Below, piece by piece: positions 52,507 through 64,000 of a stretch of 64,000 nucleotides of DNA. Position 1 is the stretch's first letter. The number at the start of each line of letters is the position of its first letter. The notes beneath the pieces were generated by a model. That model saw only the letters and a program-made list of their open reading frames with translations, did no database searches and was not told the DNA's origin. The DNA comes from Eledone cirrhosa (Eukaryota), in the NCBI GenBank assembly GCA_964016885.1, contig OZ024741.1, positions 16,988,001 to 17,052,000 of the forward strand. Direction: 5' to 3'. The translations under genes were made by a program, and so were the position numbers.

Positions 52507-52607
52507 CCTATTGTGTCTAATAAGGTTGTCAAAGAAGTTTTAGAAAATATTTTGTCTGACATTTTGTTTCATAATCTTGTTGTTGTTGCTATTGTTGATT
52601 TTGTTGC

Positions 52608-52642
<35 letters not shown>

Positions 52643-52686
52643 CAGTTGTTGTTGTAGTAGTAGTAGTAGTAGTAGTAGTTGTTGTT

Positions 52687-52717
<31 letters not shown>

Positions 52718-52728
52718 CAGTTGTTGTT

Positions 52729-52759
<31 letters not shown>

Positions 52760-53299
52760 CAGCAGTTGTTGTTGTAGTAGTAGTAGTAGTAGTTGTTGTT
52801 GTAGTAGTAGTAGTAGTAGTAGTAGTTGTTGTTGTAGTAGCAGTAGTAGTAGTAGCAGTTGTTGTTGTAGTAGTAGTAGTAGCAGTTGTTGTTGTTGTAG
52901 TAGTAGTTGTTGTAGTAGTAGTATTTGTTGTAGTAGTAGTAGTAGTAGTAGTAGTAGTATTTGTAGTAGTAGTAGTAGTAGTAGTTGTTGTTGTTGTTGT
53001 TGTTGTAGTTGTTGTTATAAGTGATGGAGGTGGCAGTGGTAGTGAAGGTGCTGGTGGTGGAGGTGATGGAGGTGGTGGTGGTAGTAGAAGTGGTGGTGGT
53101 GGAGTTGGTAGTAGAGGTGGTGACGGTGGAGGTGGAGGTGGTGGTAGTGATGGTAATAGAGGTGGTAGGGTGGTGATGGTAGTAGAGGAGGTAGTGGTGG
53201 TGTCAGTAGAGGGGTGGTGGTGGTGATGAGGTGCTGGTTTGGAGAAATCTATGGAAATACATGACATTCCTCCCAGGTCAGCAGTTAACATCAAATTAC

Positions 53300-53890
53300 C
53301 TTGCGGTATTTTGTTACGGCACTTAGTGGTCTGAGTTCAAATCCCGCCGAGGTCAACTTGGCTCTTCATCTTTCTTAAGTAATCGATAAAATCACATACC
53401 TGTCAAGTATTTGAGATCAATATAATCGATTGTCTCTGTCCCCCACCACACGCCGCCAATAAAATTACTGGCTTTGTGACTAAATAGAAATCAGTGAATT
53501 GGCAGTATCGGTAGAGGGTCGGACGCCATGCTTTGCAGCAAAGTTACCTCCCTTTATGATCTGAGTTCAAATCCCGCCGAGGTTAACTTTGCCTTTCATC
53601 CTTACGGGGTCGATAAAATAAAGTAATGCACTGGGATAATTGCTTGCCTTGTGCCAAAAGTAGAAACAATTTTTCTTGAACGTCAGGGCGGGGGATTGGC
53701 AGAGCGTCAGACGCCATGCTTCTCGGCCCAGAGTTACGGCCCTTTACGCTTTGATTTCAAATCCTGCCGAGGTTAGCTTTGTCTGTCATCCTTACGGGGT
53801 CGATAAAATAAAGTACCAGTAATGCACCGGGTTCGATTTAATCGACTTTCCCCTCCCTCAAAATTGTTGGCCTTGTGTTTAAATCTGAAA
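53300..53890 (+). mobile_element. Cluster of three SINE family A copies
   Basis: Three (g/t)ttcaaatcc(c/t)gccgagg B-box regions in tandem. Confidence 0.82.
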
Positions 53891-54211
53891 AGCTTATCAT
53901 TATTGTTGATATTGTTAATTGTGCGCAGAGTTTGATTAAACCACTGGGGTTTATTCACTTTTATTTCGTACCGTTCTATGTAGAAGTTATACGAGTGAAG
54001 ACTGTTAAATGTTTCATTACAAACGAGAGAATACGCCAGAGGCCAACACACCGAAACTCTCCCTTTTCTCCTCCTCTCTCGCTCATCTCGATACCAAGAA
54101 TAAGGGGAAAGCCCTTAACTTGTGGTGTCGTAAGGGCTCCGTCGTGACACGCGGCGTCTCTTGGACATTTAAAACCTGGTAGAATCCATTTCTCTCCCGA
54201 TTTGAACACAG

Positions 54212-54263
<52 letters not shown>

Positions 54264-54468
54264 GTCGACCCATATATAGGACAGGTTCTTTATTTATCAA
54301 TCTCGAAAGGATGAAAGACAAAGTTAACCTCAGCGGGATTTGAACTCAGAGCGCCTCTACAAATACCGAATCATTTCATCCGGTGCCCTAACGGCTCAGC
54401 TAATTTACCGTCTTCACTTCAATAAATAAATAGAAAAAAATATTGAAAAGAAATTTACAGTTCACATC

Positions 54469-54786
54469 TACTCTCGGGTCTCGAATACCCCACCCCCGCT
54501 TAATCATTTTTCAGATTTCCCCCGCCCTTCTGATTAAATTTGGCTATTCTATCTCCGGTGAAATTTTATTTAAATTTTTCTTTATACATTAAAAGACATT
54601 ATACATGACAATAAAAGTACATCACTAGAAATCCCATATATTATAAAATAGGATGGGTTGGGGTCTCAATATGTAAACTAAACGATTAATTCTGGTTTAA
54701 AAATTGAACTGACACAATCTAGAAAAATTACCGCTCCCCGCTCCCGCTACTTCCACTCACCCCCTATTTTGGGGGACCCGAGAGTA
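54469..54786. mobile_element. MITE with TA ends (Tc1/mariner-type)
   Basis: Perfect terminal inverted repeat TACTCTCGGGTC / GACCCGAGAGTA. Confidence 0.6.
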
Positions 54787-55262
54787 TGTAGGTTTAGGTG
54801 GCTTCTTAGAAGGTTGCGTCACACAAGAGGATTCTCGGGAGTTATACTGAAAAGCAACATAAAAGAGAGCGATTTACTGAAGAAGATCAGGACTTACACA
54901 ATGTAGGAATCAAAGGAAAGACCTGATGAACGTGGGTTCAACAACGTAAACCATTAAATCACACACCTTCACTTAACATACAAGGAGGAGAAGAAACAAG
55001 AAGGTTCAAAGGTTACCTGTGTGTGTCTTTGAGAAGTTTGGAAGTAATTCTGAAGAAATATTTGTTGAAATATTTCAAAATTGAGCAGGAAACTTACCTA
55101 GAAGAAAAATAAGAAAATATAAAAATATATAGTAAATAAAAGATTAATTCATTTTAAGAATGGTAAGAAAAATATATTTATCAAGTGTAAAGTATATATA
55201 TATTTAATATAAAAATGGCTTCTACAGGACTAGAACTGTCTCATTCGGGAAAAAATCATCAT

Positions 55263-55298
<36 letters not shown>

Positions 55299-55300
<2 letters not shown>

Positions 55301-55707
55301 TAGCCGAATTACCCGCGCTTTGTAATAAAATGATGATTGATTTTAAATCAGTGATATAATTTATGGAGAAAAACTCTGCATTTCAATATTACTCAATGTA
55401 AAATGTAATGCATGAAAAATTGGAAAACATTATTTTTTGTAATATATCAAATCAAAATTACATTATTAAATCTTATTCTTATTTTGTTTCTTGTAAATAA
55501 TTTTTTTCAAAATATCAATTCAAAACTTTTATGAATAGGCATCATATCTTGTCATTTAGCTATGGTTTACATTTCATATAAATCGAAGGGAAAAAATATA
55601 CTTATCCAAGTACCCTGGGCAATGTAGTTTCAGAATATATATGGTTATAGGGGTCTATCTACAAAACCATAGGAGGAGTTCGTGAACAAACAAACAGACA
55701 GGAATAC

Positions 55708-55712
<5 letters not shown>
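55299..55712 (+). mobile_element. Possible non-autonomous Helitron/Helentron-associated element (similar start at 19190-19640)
   Basis: Starts ACTAG..ACCCG..; ends ggaggagtt..gaacaaacaaacagaca + (TA)n; resembles HINE/DINE-1-like architecture. Confidence 0.4.
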
Positions 55713-55792
<80 letters not shown>

Positions 55793-55829
55793 TGTATATA
55801 TATATATATATATGTGTGTATGTGTGTGT

Positions 55830-55865
<36 letters not shown>

Positions 55866-56046
55866 TGGACTGAGAAAGGTCTCAATTTGAGCTGTCTATG
55901 CTACAGAAGAGTGAATACATGAAGACTAAAACAAGGTTTCACATTGAGGATTTTGTTGATTAGGCTCAGTTACGAACGTTTCACAGATGAGTGGCTCAAG
56001 CTTCATATTTGTGAGCCACACATACGTAACTAAGCCTAAATACTAA

Positions 56047-56078
<32 letters not shown>

Positions 56079-56099
56079 GACGCTCCTCTGGCCATCAAA

Positions 56100-56576
56100 T
56101 AGTTAAAATCTTATCAAATCTTAGCTATGCAAACGATCTGGCCATCATGAGTTACTCTAGAACTTATCTGCAAGACTTCATCTCCAAAACAAAATGTATG
56201 ACAACTGATAAAAACAATGCCAATCTCCAACACACAATCTACAACCAGCAAATTTCTCAAGTTACAGAGTTTGTATATCTCGGTCACAAACTATCATCAA
56301 ACAACAGTGGAATGGTTGCTGCGCAGTATCGCATCGCTCTAGGTTGGTCAACCTTCAACAAGAACAAGGAAGTACTAACATCAAAACGAGTTTCCTACCA
56401 TTTGAAGGATAAGATCTTCAATACTTACATCCTACCAGTTTTATATAGTCTTGACTGTGTTAATTGGACGAAAAGGTTACTTCAGAAGATCTCAACATTC
56501 CAGAACCACATCATGAGACTTATGACTGGCAAGCGGCTCAGCGACCGTATCTGTATCGGTATAGTTTAGTGTCTAA
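56100..56576 (+). mobile_element. RTE-clade LINE fragment with an internal deletion
   Basis: VTEFVYLG...RIALGWSTF...KIFNTYILPVLY...W...STFQNHIMR. Confidence 0.85.
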
Positions 56577-56588
56577 GGTATACATACA

Positions 56589-56720
<132 letters not shown>

Positions 56721-56905
56721 CAAACATCACGGACGCTCTATCTCAAAATTATTTTTGAAAAGCATTTAGAAATGCGCAACCGGTAAAAACTTAAAAACTT
56801 AAAACCACAACTGAATACTAACCAATACAATTACTAATTCTCATTTATTCCTAATTAAACTATTTTTCACTGTGAACAATTTGTCAGCATTTTCTATTCC
56901 GTTTA

Positions 56906-56990
<85 letters not shown>

Positions 56991-57157
56991 TTCTACAGGA
57001 CTAGAACTGTTTCATTCTTTAGAAATCATCAGGATGATTTCTAAAGAATGAAACAGTTCTAGTCCTGTAGAATCTCATCTATATTAAAACTTTTATACTC
57101 TGCTATATATTGAGTACCTTACTTACTGTGGTTACCTCCGATTCAACCCGGAATAAC

Positions 57158-57212
<55 letters not shown>

Positions 57213-57521
57213 AAATTGAGTGGCACTGCTTCTAGTGTTCAGCAATTTTTAGACAACTCAATCAGAGAAACAATTGTTAGACTGTAAATAAATCCCCTTT
57301 TTTGTACTGTTGACCATGTTATTCTTCACTTTTTCAATTGTATTACTCCAAGATAAACTTACATAGGAATACAAGTGAACTCAAACTCGCCATCTACGTA
57401 AACCTCTTGTTGAGTCATACAACGCCGAACACTAAAACTATCCATAATAAGAAGTATTCACAACCTCTAACTGGATTACCTATAACGATATTTTGTTATC
57501 ACTTATATATATATATATATA

Positions 57522-57838
57522 TCTTAGACGCTAAACTCCGCCATAGACTGCGCATCAACATGAGATATTTTTCTTCACAAAATTCGATCACCAACGGCAA
57601 AGATCAGCAAAGAGTTTAAAGAGCAAAGATCAAGTCCAGTCCATCAGTTGACATTATCAAGCCATGGTTTTGGTCGCCGGCCTCTGCTTCTCTTACCAGC
57701 CAACCTTCCTTCCAGGCATAACCTACTCACACCACGAGTTGATCTTTTTATATAGCCGTATAGTTTGAGTACTCTTGACTTGACGAGTGATACAATTGGT
57801 CTTAGTCTGATAATGTTGAGCAGGTCACTGATACAGAA
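57522..57838 (-). mobile_element. RTE-clade LINE C-terminal fragment, continuing the 56.1-56.6 kb peptide
   Basis: ISDLL...KSRVLKLYGYIKR...LEGRLAGKRSRGRRPKPWLDNV. Confidence 0.82.
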
Positions 57839-58525
57839 ATATATATATATATATGCACACATATTTATGTATGTATGTATTTATATATGTATGTGTGTAT
57901 GTATGTATTTTTGTACTATTTTTATCATATGTAACCCATGTGCAACCACGCAGTATTCAATTCTTCTCATATTTTTTATATATATTTTCCCCAGCTGCGT
58001 TTGTCTGTTTCTCTCTTACTGCTTCCCCCCTCTCTCTGTTTCTCTCACCTTCTTTCGCCCCCTCTGTCAGTTACACTTTCTCTCGACTGGCCTCTTCCTC
58101 GCACTTCCACCCACTCACTCTCTGCTTCCCCTCTTCTCACTTCCTCCCGTTTGGCCTGAAGTGGGGTCTTTTCCTGCTCACACCTCACTCGCGTCGCACG
58201 GTCTGTTGTCTCTCGCTCATGAAATCCACACAGCTTAAGCTGATCGGACCTCCCATGTGCTTGTTTCTTCCTATCTTTGCGTTGCTATCCTTCTATGTTT
58301 GTTTACTTGTCTCGCTCGCTTTACGCGATTTACTTGTCCAAATAGCTTTATTTAGCTATTGCTCGCACCGACCTGAGGTATATGATTTTTAAAGCGATGA
58401 AATACCAATGAAGGTTGGAAAATCACTGATGAAGGACTAATTTCATCATATGTAACCCATGTGCAACCACGCAGTATTCAATTCTTCTCATGTTTTTATA
58501 TATATATATATATGTGCGTGTGTGT

Positions 58526-58574
<49 letters not shown>

Positions 58575-58583
58575 CGTGTGTGT

Positions 58584-58621
<38 letters not shown>

Positions 58622-59107
58622 GTAATCTGAGTTTTTCGAATATTAATAATTGTTTCTACTTTAGGCACAAGGCCAGCAATTACCCAGTGCATTACTGGTA
58701 CTTTATTTTATCGACCCCGTAAGGATGAAAGACAAAGTCAACCTCGGCGGGATTTGAACTCAGATCGTAAAGGGACGTAACTATGCTGGAAAGCATGGCG
58801 TCCGACCCTCTACCGATACTGCCAATCCACCGCCCGTGGTTCGAATATTAATAATAACATTCGATTCGTTTGCAATTATGCAAACAAGCCTCATTTAAAA
58901 AAAAAGCCGTGTCAGTAGAATGAACCCTTCAATTTTGCTCTTGTGTTGGCATGTAGACAGAACTGCACACACTAATGTTTCTGTGTATCAGCCTTCATCA
59001 GTACAGTTCACCTGCTAACTGTCAGAGCTAGTGAAAATATATGCTATTTTCTAAAATATACAGTGACTGATCGGCCTGATCTTCATATCAGCAGACTGGC
59101 TGATCAG

Positions 59108-59244
<137 letters not shown>

Positions 59245-59319
59245 AAAATGAAACTGGAACAAAACAGAGAGGCAGTACGAACAAAGGTTTATTAGTTTCA
59301 CGTTCATGAGAGTGGGGGG

Positions 59320-59355
59320 GGGGACGTTTCGGGCATAAGCCCTTCTTCAGGCGAA
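59320..59355 (-). ncRNA. Hammerhead core, partly decayed (second copy at 62801-62835)
   Basis: CUGAAGA-A-GGGC[UUAU]GCCC-GAAA-CG-UC; stem I pairing is lost here. The 62.8-kb copy has a C3-to-A change. Both lie in a repeated family (59240-59640 and 62710-63100). Confidence 0.55.
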
Positions 59356-59874
59356 AAGTGTGTGGGAAGAGAGTTCCGAGGGTGTGTAGGGGAGTGGAGG
59401 AGAGACATTTAGAAAAAAGGTGGGGGGTGGGGGGTAAAAAAAGTGGAAGGGGTACAAATAAAAATAAATATAAAAAAAATAAAAATAAAAATAAACATGA
59501 AGATAAACAAGTGGTGGAAGGTTTGAATGCGGGTGTGTTAGTGGGGGTCAGTGGTGGTAGGGTGTGTAGAGTGGGTGGTGTAAGTGGGTGTGGGTGGGTG
59601 TGTGTGTTCGTATGCGTGGGGTCGGGGGGATATTAGTGATATTAGTTGTGGGGCGGTGGGAATATATATATATATATATACACATTGGCACATATAGGAC
59701 GTGATAATGAAACTGTTATAGTCGGGAGCATTGTATATGTTCCCACACTAAGCCAGTTAACCACTGTTTAACGTATTGTGTACACTCTCACAGAGTCCTA
59801 TTTACATACGATTTCTGTAAATTCATCGACTGAGTCGGCTACATGTAATGTAGACGTATAACTTATACTTTATT

Positions 59875-59969
<95 letters not shown>

Positions 59970-60096
59970 CGTGTGTATATTTATATGTATGAATGCTTTT
60001 TTGATAATCAAATAGGATGCTGAGAGAGAGAGTAAGAGACAGAGAGAGTAAGTGACAGAGAGAGAGTAAGAGGGAGAGATAGATAGAGAGAGAGTA

Positions 60097-60127
<31 letters not shown>

Positions 60128-60829
60128 GAGAGAGAGAGGAAGGGGGAGAGACAGCTTCAATGAAATGCCAGGTTAAATATAGAATCTAGAATACAATAAT
60201 AGAATTACTGGCCAGAAATATCTTTGGAATAACAGAATGTGGTGGAATACAAGAACACAAGAATAATGTTTAATGGGGCATATCAAGGAATGGAAATAAC
60301 TGGGGGATATATGTTGGTGGGGGGTAGGGGGGTAGGGGGTATATGTATCTATGTATACATACATATACATACATACATTCATACATACATACTTACATAC
60401 TTACATATATATGTATATATATATACATATATATGGTGGGGAGATTCTGTATATATGTATGTATATAGTAATATATATTTTATATATATATGTGTGGGGG
60501 GTGAGGGTGGGGGCGTGTATGTGTGTGTATATATATATGATATTATATATGTATGTATATATGTATATACATAGAAATATATATCTAATATACATATGTG
60601 TGTATGTATAATATATATATATATATTGTGTATGTATGTATGTGTGTGCTTGTGTGTGTTTGTGCATATGTGCGTATATGTGCAATGGTGTGTATGTATA
60701 TGTGTGTCTGTGAATTACGTGTAGATTGCTAAGATAACAACCAGATAATTTAACAAAGGCCAACTTAAGTAAAGGTAACGAAGTGTGTGTGGGAACAGGA
60801 TCAGAAAGTGTCGTATAGCGAGAACTACC

Positions 60830-61190
60830 GGTAGCGCTACTCTGAATAGAGATATATACAGGAGCAGAGGGACAGGACCTCGGCCTCCTTCTGTGTCAAC
60901 CACACAGATGTCGTTGTGGAGCAGTGGTCGATGAGTTTAGTCAGAACCCGTTGTCTTTCCACCGTGGTGCAGGCCGATTCCGCCATTACGCCGCTATGAA
61001 AGACATCATCAGAAGAAGCCTCGATGTAGTCGGTTTCCCGTCACAATTAGAGCCAGTTGTCCTCGACCGTGGGGATGGCAAGCGCCCCGATGGATTAATC
61101 CTCTTTATTTTCGAGGGTGGAAAATCCTTAATTTGGGACGCGAATTTCTCCGACTTCAACCTTGTCGCTTCGGCCTCCACAGCACAGCCT
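60830..61190 (+). mobile_element. CRE-clade LINE fragment (zinc finger + RLE domain)
   Basis: GRFRH...DIIRRSL...PSQLEP...RGDGKRPDG...GKSLIWD matches the CRE RLE motif; decayed. Confidence 0.8.
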
Positions 61191-61833
61191 GTGATGAGAT
61201 ATTTCACTAAGAACGGCTGTAAAGCCTGTCCTCTGTGTCATCTGTCTAACTTCTCTTCTTTCCTAAAATTACTGAAAATATGTTACACAATGATGTCATT
61301 GATCCTCCTACTTAATTACGATGGTAATTATAATGGTTTTAACTTATCTTCATTCAATGTGTTTACATTAAACACATTTAGCTCCACCAGCACCAGCACC
61401 ACAACCAGCACCAGCATCAGCACCACCACCACTACCACAACCACGACAACGACAACGACAAACACCACCACCACCGCCACCGCCACCACCACCACCATCA
61501 CCACCACGACCACGACGACGACCACCATCACCATCACAACTACCACCACCACCACCACCACAACCACGACAACGACAACGACAAACACCACCACCACCGC
61601 CACCGCCACCGCCACCACCATCACCACCACGACCACGACGATGACCACCATCACCATCACAACTACCACCACCACCACCACCACCACAACCACGACAACG
61701 ACAACGACAAACACCACCACCACCGCCACCGCCACCACCACCACCATCACCACCACGACCACGACGACGACCACCATCACCATCACAACTACCACCACCA
61801 CCACCACCACCACAACCACGACGACGATGACGA

Positions 61834-61865
<32 letters not shown>

Positions 61866-62046
61866 ACCACCACGACCACGACGACGACCACCATCACCAT
61901 CACAACTACCACCACCACCACCACCACAACCACGACGACGATGACGACCACCACCGCCACCGCCATTATCACTGGGAGTAAAATCCATAAAAATTGGCGC
62001 ACTACACCATAAATCTAATCCATGCAGGAATAAATTATGAGGGAAT

Positions 62047-62167
<121 letters not shown>

Positions 62168-62233
62168 AAAAACATGGGAAGAAAGAGGAATACTGCGTGG
62201 TTGCACATGGGTTACATATTATAAAATTAGTCC

Positions 62234-62269
<36 letters not shown>

Positions 62270-63527
62270 GGACTAATATATATATATATTTATTAAGGGA
62301 CTAATATATATATATATTTATTAAAATAACAGATTAAAGTTTAAGCAAAGAATCGCTGCTTTCACCCTTAACGGGATCTTCTGAAACTAACAAAGTCAAT
62401 CTGTAAACGTATTATATTCGTTTTTTCCCGTTCTTTGCCAGCGAACGTTTCCACGAACCAAAGTATCGTCTTCCTGTCTTCCTCCGGTTGCAACGGTTTT
62501 TGAAATATCCAGTTCTGCGTTTACAGATTGACTTTGTTAATTTCAGAAGATCCCGTTAAGGGTGAAAGCAGCGATTCTTTGCTTAAACTTTAATCTGTTA
62601 TTTTAATAAATATTTGCTCTACGGTTCTTATATATTTGATATATATTTTCCTTATCGAGCCCTCGTTGGATTTTATTATTATTACTATATATATATATAT
62701 ATATATATATAGTAAAAAATTGAACGGGAACAAAACAGAGAGGCAGTACGAACAAAGGTTTATTAGTTTCACGCTCTTGAGAGAGGGGTGGTGGTGGGGA
62801 ACGACGTTTCGGGCATAAGCCCTTCTTCATGTGAAAAGTGTGTGGGAAGAGAGTTCCAAGGGTGTGTAGGGGAGTGGTGGAGAGACATATAGAAAAAAGG
62901 GGGTGAGAGGAAACGGTACAAATGAAATTAAATATAAAAGCATGATAAAAATAAAAATAAAAATACACATGAAGTAAAACAGGTGGCGGAAGGGTGTGGG
63001 GCGTGTAGGGGTGGTGGCGGGTGGAGTGGGGAGAGGGAGGCGGGGTGTCCGAGCGGGGAGGGCTGAAGGTGGTGTGTGTGTGTAGGTGTACGTGTGTGTG
63101 TGTGTGTATGTGAAAGTAAGAGTTGGGGGAAGAACGGGGTTGCATGTTCAGGAAGAGGTGTGTGTGGGGTGGGGTGTAGGTCGGAGTGGGTGTGCGTGTG
63201 TGGATAGAGGGGTGGGGGGAGAGGATTCCGGAGGCTGAATGTGTAAATATGTGGTGGTACGCACCTGTGTGTGTGGTGTTTATGCGTGTTGTGGATGTAG
63301 GTGGCGTGTGGGGAAAAACATTTTTTGGGGGTGTATGTCAGTGGGTGAGTCCTTAAGGTAGTTCCGTAGACGATGTGGTAGAATGCTGAGTAATATCCTT
63401 GGGATTTGGTGGATTCTAGGGATCGATGTTCACATATATATATATATAGAAAAGCTTCTCAAAGACTAGAACTGTTTCATCCGTGAGAAATCCTCCGTGT
63501 GGTTACCCCCGATTGAACCCGGAATAA

Positions 63528-63592
<65 letters not shown>

Positions 63593-63748
63593 AATGTCGG
63601 TCGCTGCAATACTAAAGAGAAGTATCCACTGTTATTTCTATCTATTATTATTCCACTTACGGAATTGGATCAGTTATAACAGGTGTTACAGGACATAAGC
63701 GGCAGAATAAGAAATTAAAGAAATTCAACAATGAAGACATTAAACCCG

Positions 63749-63812
<64 letters not shown>

Positions 63813-64000
63813 GGATATATATATACAGATATTTATATATATATATATATATACATATATATATACATATATATACATTCGGTATACAAGGATGCAATTC
63901 ACGTCTAGCACTCAACGCCATATTCCCAATGACAGGGGTGACGGAGTATATTAATAAAGATGAAAATGCGAAGTTGAAAATGTTAGAGTCCTTTATTAAT

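Noticed and set aside
54920-54955. CTGATGA-ACGT...ACGT-AAAC
   Set aside because: Lacks the core G of GAAA and has no stem I; probably chance
60924-62012. 362-aa ORF as a mucin-like gene
   Set aside because: Chance read-through from a CRE LINE fragment into an (ACC)n array

Overview
AT-rich eukaryotic intergenic or intronic DNA, saturated with (TA)n, (CA)n, (TATG)n and triplet microsatellites, minisatellites and transposon debris. The SINE families and repeat load suggest a coleoid cephalopod such as Octopus (inference, not verified). No intact host gene is evident and there are no prokaryotic features. Two near-complete retroelements stand out. (1) An apparently intact ~5.7 kb L1/Tx1-clade LINE (40092-45795; zinc-knuckle ORF1, EN-RT-ZnF ORF2) lies inside a (TATC)n array. 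(2) A Penelope-like element (PLE; RT + GIY-YIG, Naiad-like motifs; 11314-17372) has direct and inverted pseudo-LTRs; its ORF is split by a SINE and a fold-back duplication and restores to 737 codons with one internal TGA. The most striking hidden signal is a set of minimal type-I hammerhead ribozymes that I folded by hand. There are three identical copies in the PLE pseudo-LTRs, a pair on opposite strands of a perfect 272-bp palindrome (27249-27520), a textbook copy at 29671-29715, a copy split across strands (37023-37136) and several decayed cores, mostly in fold-back fragments between (TA)n arrays. Also present are remnants of Merlin, mariner, hAT-type MITE, R4/Dong, CRE and RTE elements, a solo LTR, two tRNA-derived SINE families and a non-autonomous RTE-like family.
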